Assembly (NCBI GenBank): GCA_050950165.1
Contig: JBMNHC010000001.1
Location: 389,738 to 453,737, forward strand
Direction: 5' to 3'
DNA: 64,000 nt
Source: Candidatus Dojkabacteria bacterium
GTDB lineage: Bacteria; Patescibacteriota; Dojkabacteria; SC72
In this document: positions 46,508 to 56,073 of the stretch, piece by piece
How the letters are laid out: each line of letters opens with the position of its first letter
Numbering within the stretch: position 1 is the stretch's first letter
Made by a program: the position numbers and the translations under genes
The notes under the pieces: generated by a model
The model's database searches: none
The model's input: only the letters and a program-made list of their open reading frames with translations
What the model was told of the DNA's origin: nothing

Positions 46508-48127
46508 ATGGAAGATATGGCAAAGAAAGTAAAAGTAGAAGAATTAAAAGCCCCAGACAGAGTAGATGGTTATCCCGTACAAACCCCTATTTGGCTAAGG
46601 AGATTTTTAGAGATAGTTCCTGGCTTACTAGCTTGGTTTTTTATTCTCTCCCCCCTCATATTTACATTGATGGGATGGGAGAAAGTTCTTGTCTTTTATA
46701 TCTCTTTCCTAATCATTTACTGGGTATACAGAGGTATTAAGTTTGTTATAGGGATTGGTATTGGAGTGCATAGGATGCACGAGGCACAAGCTACCGACTT
46801 TATAAGTAAGATAAAAGAGGTAAATGAAGAGGAATTCAACAAGATTAACTACATATATCTCTGTCCTGTATATAAGGAGGGGATGGATGTACTAGATCCT
46901 TCATTTAAGGCATGGAGTAAAAGTGATGTAGGAGCAAACAAGATTCATGTTGTAGTTGCAATGGAAGAGAGAACAGCAGAGGATATACAGATTCCTAACT
47001 TTGAAATATTAAAAAAGAGATATGGTAAAAAATTTGCAAGTATGCAGTACTATATCCACCCTAAAGATATCGCAGGAGAAGCAACAGGAGTCAAAGGAGC
47101 AAATATTAACTGGGCAACAAGAAAGTATGTAGAGAAGTTGGAGTCTGAAGGAAAAGATATCTCTAAGTATCTTCTAATTACCTGTGATTGTGACTTACGA
47201 CCAGATCCTAAATATCTATCAGCAATTACTTATAAATACCTAACTGTAGAAAATCCTCAGAAGAAATATTTTACAAGTGCAGTATATACTTTAAACAACA
47301 ATATATGGAGAGTACCAACCTTAATACGAGTACAGTCCTTTATGCTAACTCTTGTAATGCTACATTTATGGACAACTGGTAAGTATGACTATTTACCATT
47401 TTTTAAACATACATTTAGTTTAAAAGAGACATTTTCTTCGTATGTAGTAAATTTGAAAACTTTGAAAGATATTCATTACTGGGATCCACAGTTGGGTATA
47501 GATGATTCTACATTCTTTTGGAATGCCCTTGTTAGATACAAAGGAGAGTTTCTTGGTGAAGAGGTATATATTCCAACCCATAGTGATGCTGTAGAGAATG
47601 AGACTTTGGTGAAATCGTACAAGTCATTCTACAAACAGCAACATAGATGGGGTTGGGGAGTAATTGTTTTTCCTACGACAGTTGCAGCATTACTGTATGA
47701 TAAAGAGATACCATTTTTTAAAAAAGTGTATGTTATTTTCGGTATGTATAGAACATATATCTTTTTTGCAACAGTAGTATATCTGATGACATTCGGTTTA
47801 AGTTTGTTAGGCCTTTTTAGTAAAGATTATCTATTTAGTTCTGCATCTTACAACCTTCCTAATGCAATGAGTTTCCTATTAACAATACTTCTCTTCTGTA
47901 ACATTTTTATTATCTATTACAGAAGGCAGATTATACCTGTACCTAAAGGTTGGAAGTGGTACAGACACCTATTTGATTTTGTAGAGGTAGCTCTAATCGC
48001 TGTACAGATGCTCTCCTTTGGATTTATTCCGTATATACAAGCATATACAGAGATGATGTTTGGTAAAGGCTTTAAGAAGAACTTCTATGCTACAGACAAA
48101 GTTAGAATGGAGAAGAAGAAGTCTTAG
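46508..48127 (+). CDS. Family 2 processive membrane glycosyltransferase (cellulose/chitin-synthase-like, QxxRW motif)
   Basis: N- and C-terminal TM clusters. DxD-like ITCDCDL and the Q(Q)HRW motif (KQQHRWGWG). A GGGTATAAT -10 (46497-46505) sits 2 nt upstream of the ATG; an alternative ATG is at 46517. Confidence 0.55.
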   Translation: MEDMAKKVKVEELKAPDRVDGYPVQTPIWLRRFLEIVPGLLAWFFILSPLIFTLMGWEKVLVFYISFLIIYWVYRGIKFVIGIGIGVHRMHEAQATDFISKIKEVNEEEFNKINYIYLCPVYKEGMDVLDPSFKAWSKSDVGANKIHVVVAMEERTAEDIQIPNFEILKKRYGKKFASMQYYIHPKDIAGEATGVKGANINWATRKYVEKLESEGKDISKYLLITCDCDLRPDPKYLSAITYKYLTVENPQKKYFTSAVYTLNNNIWRVPTLIRVQSFMLTLVMLHLWTTGKYDYLPFFKHTFSLKETFSSYVVNLKTLKDIHYWDPQLGIDDSTFFWNALVRYKGEFLGEEVYIPTHSDAVENETLVKSYKSFYKQQHRWGWGVIVFPTTVAALLYDKEIPFFKKVYVIFGMYRTYIFFATVVYLMTFGLSLLGLFSKDYLFSSASYNLPNAMSFLLTILLFCNIFIIYYRRQIIPVPKGWKWYRHLFDFVEVALIAVQMLSFGFIPYIQAYTEMMFGKGFKKNFYATDKVRMEKKKS

Positions 48128-49680
48128 TGTATTACATGTTTATCTATACTTATTGGCTCTAGTAAGTCAGTACTACCTACTGATACTGTATATATATATT
48201 CTCTAGAGGGACTTACTCCAAAATATCTGTACTTCTCTATCTCATCTAATACCTTAGTTTTGTTTTCACCCTCTTGATCAGAGATATACAGAGAGTTCTC
48301 TTCTGTATAGTAGATGTAAAGAGAATTAGATAACCAATTTATACTATCCGTGTTATTTACATTCTCTATCTTCTTAGATCCTATCTCTACATTAGGATCG
48401 TTGTCTGGATTTAGGAAAGTAAACACACCATATCCTATGTCATTCTTGTATATTAACTTAGTATTATCTGATGAAAACTTAACCAATTTAGATGAGTAGG
48501 GCGATATTAAATGATACCTTTTTGTCTTTATGTTATACCAGTATGAAGCTGTATCTGTTAGAATGAATACGCCTTGTCCCTCTTGACTAACTGTAATATC
48601 TACTATCGCTCCAACACTCCTTGTACTAGCAGTAGAGTTTGCAAACTCCATATATTTATTTGGAGAATCTTCCTCAATATACTTAGTTATATATTCCTTG
48701 TTCTTTTGAAAAAAGAGATCTTGTATTAATACCTTAGGATTCGATCCATCCATCTCCTCCTGTATTAAAACATATGCATAGACTCTCTCTGTTTCATTCT
48801 CCTTTGCAGTTTGTATAAGGTAGAAGTATCCCTGTTTGTCAGTACTCCATACATATTTCTTCCCTTTTTCTTTCTTAAGTAAGAGACTTCTACTTAATCT
48901 CTCTACATTAAAAGATATTAAGTCTAAATTTGATTCAAATATTAAATGCTTGCTATCCTTAGACCAAGATATTTCATATCCAGAGAAAGGAGAGATATCA
49001 ATGACCTTAGCCTGCTCAGCAGACACTATCCTAGTAGTATCTAAAATATATGTAGTAGCACTAGTCTCATTTTTAAGTAGTACATATTGACCGTTAGGAG
49101 AAGGTAGCAAAGAGAAAGTATTCTCTTCTGGCAAACTAGTGGTAAATATTACCTTAGGATTTGTACTTAGATCCCAGAATGTAGTATCTGTGTTGTATAT
49201 CCAAAGTTCATATGTAAAGAGAGTATCCTCTTCGTTGTGGGTAGAAGTTAGTATCAATATCCTGTTCTCTTCCTCATTTATCCAGCTATTTACATATCTT
49301 TTCCCCTCAAGTGAAGCAATATTAGAACTAACAATATTCTCTTTAATTAACCATGGATATACAGTAGTAGATTTCTCCTCCTTTATACTTACACTCTTTC
49401 TCCATTCAAAATATCTATCTTTTTTTACAGAGATATTGTATACTCCTACATTCAAACTAGCACTCTTTGGAGTTCTCCCCTTACTCTTGTCCTCTATGGT
49501 AAGGTTTGCTAGAAAAGGGTCAGATTCTACAGTAAGTACTCCCGTTTTTAATACCTGTTGATTAAGAGGATCTATTCTCCAACCATTAGCATAAAGATAT
49601 ATTAATACGGCTCCTGTATATACAATCAGAGTGCTTAGTATGGAAAGAATTTTTATCTTCTTTGAACTGTCCTTGTTCAT
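48124..49680 (-). CDS. Membrane-anchored PEGA-domain protein with beta-propeller-like C-terminal region
   Basis: N-terminal TM. PEGA-like segment GVLTVESDPFLANLTIEDKSKGRTP...GVYNISVKKDRYFEW. The remainder is a repetitive beta-rich region. Confidence 0.45.
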   Translation of the reverse strand: MNKDSSKKIKILSILSTLIVYTGAVLIYLYANGWRIDPLNQQVLKTGVLTVESDPFLANLTIEDKSKGRTPKSASLNVGVYNISVKKDRYFEWRKSVSIKEEKSTTVYPWLIKENIVSSNIASLEGKRYVNSWINEEENRILILTSTHNEEDTLFTYELWIYNTDTTFWDLSTNPKVIFTTSLPEENTFSLLPSPNGQYVLLKNETSATTYILDTTRIVSAEQAKVIDISPFSGYEISWSKDSKHLIFESNLDLISFNVERLSRSLLLKKEKGKKYVWSTDKQGYFYLIQTAKENETERVYAYVLIQEEMDGSNPKVLIQDLFFQKNKEYITKYIEEDSPNKYMEFANSTASTRSVGAIVDITVSQEGQGVFILTDTASYWYNIKTKRYHLISPYSSKLVKFSSDNTKLIYKNDIGYGVFTFLNPDNDPNVEIGSKKIENVNNTDSINWLSNSLYIYYTEENSLYISDQEGENKTKVLDEIEKYRYFGVSPSREYIYTVSVGSTDLLEPISIDKHVIH

Positions 49681-49752
49681 AGCGATTAAAGTATATCATA
49701 TATTCAAGTAAAGTAATTTACTCAAAACTTTTTGTAATGATATAATCAAGAC

Positions 49753-50769
49753 ATGTTAGGAAAGAAATTAGGTATCGATTTAGGTACTGCAAACTCAATA
49801 ATATTTGTTCAAGGTGAAGGTATTGCTTTTGTAGAACCTACTGTTGTTGCCATTGATACTAGTAATTACAAGGTAATAGCGGTAGGCTCCGATGCTAAGA
49901 GAATGATAGGTAAAACTCCAGATAGTATCATTGCAAGAAGACCGATGAGAAATGGTGTAATTGCAGATTCAAGAGTGACTGAGGCACTACTTAAATATTT
50001 TTTGAATAAAGCTTTAGGTAGAGCTAAGTTCTTTAAACCTGATGTGGTAATGAGTGTGCCTGCAGGTATTACAACTGTAGAGCAAAGAGCAGTAATTAAA
50101 GCGGCATCTAATGCAGGAGCAAGGCAAGTGACAATGCTTCCAGAACCTCTTCTGGCTTCTTTAGGTGCAGGATTGCCAATTGAAACATCTTCTGGAAATA
50201 TGATTGTTAACTTAGGGGGAGGTACTGCTGAGATAGCGGTTCTTTCTCTAGATGGTATTGTTGAATATGATTCACTTAGGATAGCGGGTGATGCTATCAA
50301 CGAGGCAATTATCAACTATATGCGTAAGAAAAAGGGAGTATTAATTGGAGAGCAAACAGCAGAGAACATTAAAATTAGAATTGGGTCTGCAATAGAGGTA
50401 AGTAATCCAAGGAGTATGGAGGTAAGGGGTAGGGATGTAGGTGCTGGATTACCTAAGGCAATTAATATTGATTCTAACGATATTGCATATGCAGTAAAGA
50501 GGCCTCTGTTGAGTATAATAAATAGTATAAAAGGGGTATTGGAGAAAACTCCTCCAGAACTTTCTGCTGATATAATGGATAGGGGAATGGTAATGAGTGG
50601 AGGGACTTCTAAGCTTAGGAATTTAGACAAGCTATTTACAAGAGCGATAGGGGTGCCTGCTCATGTTGCAGATGAGCCTATGTATTGCGTTGTGAAGGGA
50701 ACAGGTATAGCATTAGAGTTGATGGCTACAGGAGAGAGGGTGTTTACGTTTAATAAGGGTTTAAATTAA
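49753..50769 (+). CDS. mreB: Rod-shape-determining actin homologue MreB
   Basis: LGIDLGTANS, the phosphate-2 motif and GGGTAEIAV are present, in 338 aa. Confidence 0.9.
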   Translation: MLGKKLGIDLGTANSIIFVQGEGIAFVEPTVVAIDTSNYKVIAVGSDAKRMIGKTPDSIIARRPMRNGVIADSRVTEALLKYFLNKALGRAKFFKPDVVMSVPAGITTVEQRAVIKAASNAGARQVTMLPEPLLASLGAGLPIETSSGNMIVNLGGGTAEIAVLSLDGIVEYDSLRIAGDAINEAIINYMRKKKGVLIGEQTAENIKIRIGSAIEVSNPRSMEVRGRDVGAGLPKAINIDSNDIAYAVKRPLLSIINSIKGVLEKTPPELSADIMDRGMVMSGGTSKLRNLDKLFTRAIGVPAHVADEPMYCVVKGTGIALELMATGERVFTFNKGLN

Positions 50770-50781
50770 AAAAGAGTTTTA

Positions 50782-51948
50782 ATGGTTAATATTTTTTCTA
50801 GACCAAAAAAAACGTCAATGAGATTAGAGGAGGTTACTAAGCAGCTCTCACAGCTTAAGATTCCTCTTAGTTATGTATTTACACCGATTAATCTAAAGGT
50901 AGAGAAAGAGAAGTTTTTACAATCAGATACATATGAACCACAGTTTCAATACAGGGTTGTTAAGAATCATAATGAAGAGATATTAAAAAATCTTTCATCA
51001 CTAAAAGAGATTTCTGATGTAGATCCTAGAATTTCAGATTTTTACATTGAGTTAATTGAATCTAAGAGAGATTCTAGTGATTTAATGCATGCAGTGGGTA
51101 ATAATGATTTGGTATCAGAACTTTCGTACAAGAAATATGGTAAGCCATCTGCACCACTTTTTAGGAATGCTTCTAGGGTTTTGAGAGGTAAGGTAGATTC
51201 TTACAAGCTTGTAGATAGGAAGAGAGTTAAAGGAGAGGATTTATTAAAGTATGATGAGATTAAGGATGCATTTCTTGTTGTATTTAAATCTTTTGGATTA
51301 GATGATTGGAGTGTTGCTAAGTCAGGTAATATAGCGAAGGGTGGTGCTAAGGTAGGTATTAAGAGAAGGGAGGTGTTTTTAGATCCAGATATAGAGAGGA
51401 CAAAATTTAAGCTTAAGAAGACATTGGTTCATGAGGTTGGTACTCATGTATTGAGGGCTGTTAATGGTATGAATAGTGGTTTTGAGGCGCTTTCTAAGCC
51501 TACACTTCCTAGCTATTTAGATGTAGAGGAGGGTTTAGCTGCTTGGAATGAGTCTGAGATGGGTCTTTTAACTCTTCGTTCACTAAAGGAGAAGGCCGCT
51601 CTGTTATGGGCTGTGTATATAGGGGAGAGTCTTACTTTTAGAGAGTTGTATAATAGTTTACTGGGTATATTTCCAAAGTATACTGCTTTCTCTATTACAT
51701 ATAGAGTTAAGCGTGGACTAGGGGATACAAGTTATCATGGTATATTTGCAAAGGATGTTGTTTACTTCAGAGGTTTTAGAAGAGTAAAGAGAAGGTTAGA
51801 GAGAGATAAGTCTTTGTATGAGAAATTGTATGCAGGGAAGATTAATTTTAAACAGTGTGAGTGGGTAGATACTGGACTTATTCCTAAGGCAAAGATTGTT
51901 CCTAACAAAGATATGTGGGTTCGTATATTTAGAGACGCAGGTCTATAA
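50782..51948 (+). CDS. DUF1704/MATCAP-like putative zinc metallopeptidase
   Basis: HExxH motif TLVHEVGTHVLRA and a QEGLA-like motif VEEGLAAWNE, with a size (388 aa) typical of DUF1704 proteins. Confidence 0.5.
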   Translation: MVNIFSRPKKTSMRLEEVTKQLSQLKIPLSYVFTPINLKVEKEKFLQSDTYEPQFQYRVVKNHNEEILKNLSSLKEISDVDPRISDFYIELIESKRDSSDLMHAVGNNDLVSELSYKKYGKPSAPLFRNASRVLRGKVDSYKLVDRKRVKGEDLLKYDEIKDAFLVVFKSFGLDDWSVAKSGNIAKGGAKVGIKRREVFLDPDIERTKFKLKKTLVHEVGTHVLRAVNGMNSGFEALSKPTLPSYLDVEEGLAAWNESEMGLLTLRSLKEKAALLWAVYIGESLTFRELYNSLLGIFPKYTAFSITYRVKRGLGDTSYHGIFAKDVVYFRGFRRVKRRLERDKSLYEKLYAGKINFKQCEWVDTGLIPKAKIVPNKDMWVRIFRDAGL

Positions 51949-51981
51949 TAGGCTTATAGTTTTGAAGTTTCCCCCTTATTT

Positions 51982-51990
51982 TGGTATAAT
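51982..51990 (+). promoter_or_regulatory. Extended -10 promoter TGGTATAAT for gene 52031, followed by a consensus SD AAGGAGGT
   Basis: ttttggtataatt, about 40 nt upstream of AAGGAGGTttcaaATG. Confidence 0.45.
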
Positions 51991-52030
51991 TATATATATT
52001 GCACATTAACTATTATTAAGGAGGTTTCAA

Positions 52031-52342
52031 ATGCCAGAAGGATTCAAAACGGAAGATGTGTTGTCTGTTTATGTAGACAAATTACTTCCAGGTTCTTCAT
52101 ATGAAGGAATTATGCAACTCTTGGAGTTTATGTATGGGGGAGTATTCTCTCAAAAAGATATGAGTTACATAATTCATAAGTGTGGTGTTTCGTTAGCAAA
52201 ACAACACCCTTGGGTAAAGGAAATTAAAGTTCCTGAAAACTATTCAGACACACCCGCCCATCTTTGGATGGAGGATATTGTTAAGAAATATGGCGAGACT
52301 CATTCAGTCGAGCCTTTGAAAAAAGGAGAGATTATAAGTTAA
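52031..52342 (+). CDS. Hypothetical small protein (103 aa)
   Basis: Supplied ORF with a perfect SD (AAGGAGG) 6 nt upstream. Confidence 0.55.
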   Translation: MPEGFKTEDVLSVYVDKLLPGSSYEGIMQLLEFMYGGVFSQKDMSYIIHKCGVSLAKQHPWVKEIKVPENYSDTPAHLWMEDIVKKYGETHSVEPLKKGEIIS

Positions 52343-52349
52343 TAGTGCA

Positions 52350-52409
52350 AGAAGCCTAAGGCATATTTATTGTGTAATACAATTGTTAAAAGTATGTCTT
52401 AGGCCTTCT
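52350..52409. terminator. Long imperfect hairpin between convergent genes (putative bidirectional terminator)
   Basis: agaagcctaaggcata ... tatgtcttaggccttct forms a ~16-bp stem with a 1-nt bulge. Confidence 0.4.
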
Positions 52410-53364
52410 TATTCTTTTTAAAAGCAGTTATTATCTCTTTTGCAATATTATGAGCATTACCACCTGTTTTTTGCTCATACGCTTTAAATCCTGGATGTAA
52501 GCTAATCTCCTGTAGTAATGGCTTCTCATTTAAGTGCATAATATCTACTGCTAAGAAATCTGAATCTAACTTCTGTGCAACTTTGGTTGCTAATTCCAAT
52601 TCCTCCTTAGTAGGATTGTTGTATAGAGAGTATTTCCCTTTGCTTACAGTAATGAAACCTTCCTGTGCTTCTCTTACCCACCCTGTGATAAATTTACTAC
52701 CTTTTAAGAAGAGTCTCATATCCCTTGGTATATCTGCAAATTGCTGTATAAAAAACCTAGAGTGATTTAAATCTTTTAATACCTCTTGTCTTAGATCATC
52801 CTCGTTAGAAAGTTTAAATACATTCTTCTTTATCACCTCTTTACCATTAACACTCTCTAATCTATTAACCCCTGCATACTCTTTCATTATTAAAGGATAT
52901 GTCTCTAAAACATCTCTATGTGCTAGATAGTTTCCATCTGATCTAAAGTATGTATTGAAGTAGGGGATATCATTTAAAAAACAGAATATTGCTAAAGCTA
53001 TCTTGTTGTAGTAGGGAAGTTTTTTAATTGCACGACTATTCTGTACTAGTATATTACTATCCGGATTCTTTAAATTGTGATGATCTATGTAATCGATGAT
53101 GTATCTTTTATAGTGATACTCCATTTCATTATCTAAAGTATGACCTCTGAATATTATATGTGTATATTTCCTAATATCTTCTCTCTTGACCTTAATATTC
53201 ATCTCTCCATCTATGAATTCAAACTCTAACTCATCGTAGTATGCAAGAGAGTTAGGTATATTCTCTTTTGCTAACTCTTCTACTAATCTTAATGAAGCAC
53301 TTGGTATTCCATCCTTATTTCCTGTTTCTACTCTCTGTCTTTTATCTAGTATTAAGTAGTGCAT
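52399..53364 (-). CDS. RimK-like ATP-grasp ligase
   Basis: ATP-grasp C-terminal motifs are present (VDIMHLNEKPLLQEISLHPGF). Confidence 0.6.
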   Translation of the reverse strand: MHYLILDKRQRVETGNKDGIPSASLRLVEELAKENIPNSLAYYDELEFEFIDGEMNIKVKREDIRKYTHIIFRGHTLDNEMEYHYKRYIIDYIDHHNLKNPDSNILVQNSRAIKKLPYYNKIALAIFCFLNDIPYFNTYFRSDGNYLAHRDVLETYPLIMKEYAGVNRLESVNGKEVIKKNVFKLSNEDDLRQEVLKDLNHSRFFIQQFADIPRDMRLFLKGSKFITGWVREAQEGFITVSKGKYSLYNNPTKEELELATKVAQKLDSDFLAVDIMHLNEKPLLQEISLHPGFKAYEQKTGGNAHNIAKEIITAFKKNKKA

Positions 53365-53366
53365 AT

Positions 53367-55061
53367 TTATATTATTTTAATTTTATTTATTAACCTCATT
53401 CGTTTATACCCTTTCAATATCTGCATAAATTCTCTGTTTTTAGAGTTCTCTTTAGTAATGTAGAGAGTATGAATATGATCAAAACCTAAACCATGTTCAG
53501 AAACTTCTGACCAATCTCTGTAATGTAAAATGATTACATCTAGTGAGGCGTTACACTTAATTGCATCTAAAAGATTCTCTCTATCTACACCTTCATTAAT
53601 TAATAGTCTGTTAATGTAATATTTATCTCCAATTATCTCTCCTACAGACTCATGTTCTTGAATAACTCTTTTCTTTCTTAAAATTGTAGATATATCATCT
53701 CTGCTCTGTCCAATTAGTACATATTTTTTACAACTGTTTTGTTCTAGTAGAGCATCAATGAATTTCTCTGCTACATATTCTCTCTGCTTACCTTGAGTAG
53801 GGAAGAGATTAAGATATGCCTCTGGCATCATATTTATCTCTAATATTGCTCCATTTTCTTTAGTAAGAGGTTTAGAGATATCTTTACAAAGTATATCTAT
53901 ACCTAGTGCGAATATATGTAGGGATTGTGCAATACTTTCAACTATTAACCTAATCTCTTCTCCAACACTATCTGTAAAATCTTCTGTAGTTCCTCCTTGG
54001 CTCATACTAGCAATATTTCTTACAAATATCTGTTCATCTTTTTTAGGTATACTTTCTAGTGTAAGGTTCTTACTCTCTAGTAGGTTTATAAGGGGCTCAT
54101 CTATAACTATCGGTTTTAATATATGGGATGGATTAGTTATATCTCTTCTTGGATCTCTATTTGTTTCTTCTATTAATTCTTTGATAGTTTGTTTGCCATC
54201 TCCTACAATAAATGCAGGTACTCTCTTTGTAGCTATCTCTAACTTACCGTTGATTACAAGAAGTCTGTAATCTTCTCCTTGGACTTGTTCTTGCATCATT
54301 ATTTTAGCTTGCCATGAAGCTCTTACCTTACTATCTATTACCTTTTTTGCTATTGAGAATGCTCTCTTTGCTTCCTCTACAGTATTTATATTCACAGTCA
54401 CGCCCTTCCCACCAGTAAGACCAGTGGGTTTTATAACTACTGGCTTAGAGTAATCCTTGAAATTTTTATCTATATCCTTTTCACTCTCTAATATCTCCCA
54501 TTTTAGAGATGGTAGACCTAATCTCTCTATGAAAAGATTACTAGACCACTTGTCTTTCTGTATCTTATGAGCAAAATATGAATCTTTACTAGATACAATG
54601 GAAGCAGTAATATGGGAACCTTTCCCACATCCTAATGTATAGTATCTATTAAATACTCCTACATATCCTTTCTCTATTCCTTCTATTACTTCTTTACCGT
54701 GTATTGTAGGAGTTATTTCTAAATTTCTTCTCTGTGCAGCTTCAAGTATAGATATTGAAGACATGGATTTAACTCTTCTAGCAATTATTGTGTCATTGAT
54801 AAAGTCGAAAGCTTCTTTGTAGGTAATCTCTCTGTTATTAAGTTTCTGAATATATTCCTCTGCTTCTTTCCATATACTTAGAAGTTTAGATTTGATAGTG
54901 AGTTGAGCAGGAGAGAGAAGGTACTCTGTAATGAAGATGGGGTGGTATGATGCGATATGGTCTAGTAGTTTGGTAATATCTGAGAGATTATCTCCATCTA
55001 AAGGTATCTTGATAGTAGTAAATTGAGATTCTAGATTGATTCCGTGTAGTATTTTAGCCAT
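53367..55061 (-). CDS. Cyanophycin-synthetase-like ATP-grasp ligase: CphA-like N-domain plus G-domain, no Mur-ligase domain
   Basis: PVVIKPTGLTGGKGV, YRLLVINGKLEIATKRVPAFIVGDGKQTIKELIE and NRDPRRD resemble the CphA ATP-grasp module. A ~200-aa N-domain precedes it and an unknown ~150-aa tail follows. Confidence 0.55.
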   Translation of the reverse strand: MAKILHGINLESQFTTIKIPLDGDNLSDITKLLDHIASYHPIFITEYLLSPAQLTIKSKLLSIWKEAEEYIQKLNNREITYKEAFDFINDTIIARRVKSMSSISILEAAQRRNLEITPTIHGKEVIEGIEKGYVGVFNRYYTLGCGKGSHITASIVSSKDSYFAHKIQKDKWSSNLFIERLGLPSLKWEILESEKDIDKNFKDYSKPVVIKPTGLTGGKGVTVNINTVEEAKRAFSIAKKVIDSKVRASWQAKIMMQEQVQGEDYRLLVINGKLEIATKRVPAFIVGDGKQTIKELIEETNRDPRRDITNPSHILKPIVIDEPLINLLESKNLTLESIPKKDEQIFVRNIASMSQGGTTEDFTDSVGEEIRLIVESIAQSLHIFALGIDILCKDISKPLTKENGAILEINMMPEAYLNLFPTQGKQREYVAEKFIDALLEQNSCKKYVLIGQSRDDISTILRKKRVIQEHESVGEIIGDKYYINRLLINEGVDRENLLDAIKCNASLDVIILHYRDWSEVSEHGLGFDHIHTLYITKENSKNREFMQILKGYKRMRLINKIKII

Positions 55062-55077
55062 GTCTTTGTAGAAAAAA

Positions 55078-56055
55078 TTATATAGTTTTAATAATATATT
55101 CTAGTATAGGGATAGCTACTTTAACAGATTCTCCTTGATCTACTTTGTAGTGTAGTCTTAATCCTGGATTGTAGTTGATTTCATTTACTCCGCATTTACT
55201 AGGCTTAGTTATATCTTTAGCTATGATATCTACTCCTCCAAATTTAGCCCCTATAGCTTTTACTGCAGCAATGGCGATATCTTTATAGTAAGGGTGCACT
55301 AGAGTAGAGCACTCTTGTGTAGTACCTCCTGTAGTTAGATTACAGTTATACCTAAGTATTACCTCTTGATTATTATTAGGTATGGAGGATAGCTTTAGTC
55401 CTAACTCTGTTAGTCTAAGTTTAACTTCATTATCTATACTGATAGGTAGAAGCAAATTGGCCTTTCTCTCTCTATTTCTCTGTTCTATTAATTTCTTAAT
55501 ACTATCTTTTCCATTTCCCACTACAGAAGGAGCTTTCCTTTTTACTATACCTACAACTCTATCTCCTACAACTAGGAATCTATAGTTTTCGCCCTTTAGA
55601 AACTCTTCACCTAGTACCTTGTCTTGATCTTTTGTTTTAGATTTTCTATATGCCTCCTTATATGCCCTTACTACCTCTCTTCTGTTGTGAGGAAGTATAC
55701 TAACACCACTTCCACCTAACTGTTGAGATGGTTTAATTACTATATGCCTATACTTATTAAAAAAATCCAAAGCATCCTGCTTACTTCTTAGTACTACCTG
55801 TTTAGGAATAGGTATATTGGTAGAAGAGAGTACAGCATTAGTTAAATGTTTTCTTTTAGCAATTGTAGTACTAGTTGTATTGGTAAGTGGAGTTGCTGTA
55901 TTAATGATGAACCAATGTTTACCTTTATACTCAAATCTAGCCATTAGTGCATACTTTACTATCTCATATTTAATACCCAATATATCTGCAGCCTCAATGT
56001 AGTAAGCAAGATGTACATTACCTGCAATTTTTAGATATTCACTATATCTCTTCAT
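55078..56055 (-). CDS. Cyanophycin-synthetase-like ATP-grasp ligase (paralogue of 53367..55061)
   Basis: HIVIKPSQQLGGSGV and YRFLVVGDRVVGIVKRKAPSVVGNGKDSIKKLIE match the same CphA-like ATP-grasp pattern. Confidence 0.55.
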   Translation of the reverse strand: MKRYSEYLKIAGNVHLAYYIEAADILGIKYEIVKYALMARFEYKGKHWFIINTATPLTNTTSTTIAKRKHLTNAVLSSTNIPIPKQVVLRSKQDALDFFNKYRHIVIKPSQQLGGSGVSILPHNRREVVRAYKEAYRKSKTKDQDKVLGEEFLKGENYRFLVVGDRVVGIVKRKAPSVVGNGKDSIKKLIEQRNRERKANLLLPISIDNEVKLRLTELGLKLSSIPNNNQEVILRYNCNLTTGGTTQECSTLVHPYYKDIAIAAVKAIGAKFGGVDIIAKDITKPSKCGVNEINYNPGLRLHYKVDQGESVKVAIPILEYIIKTI

Positions 56056-56073
56056 ATATTGTTAAGTAAAATA

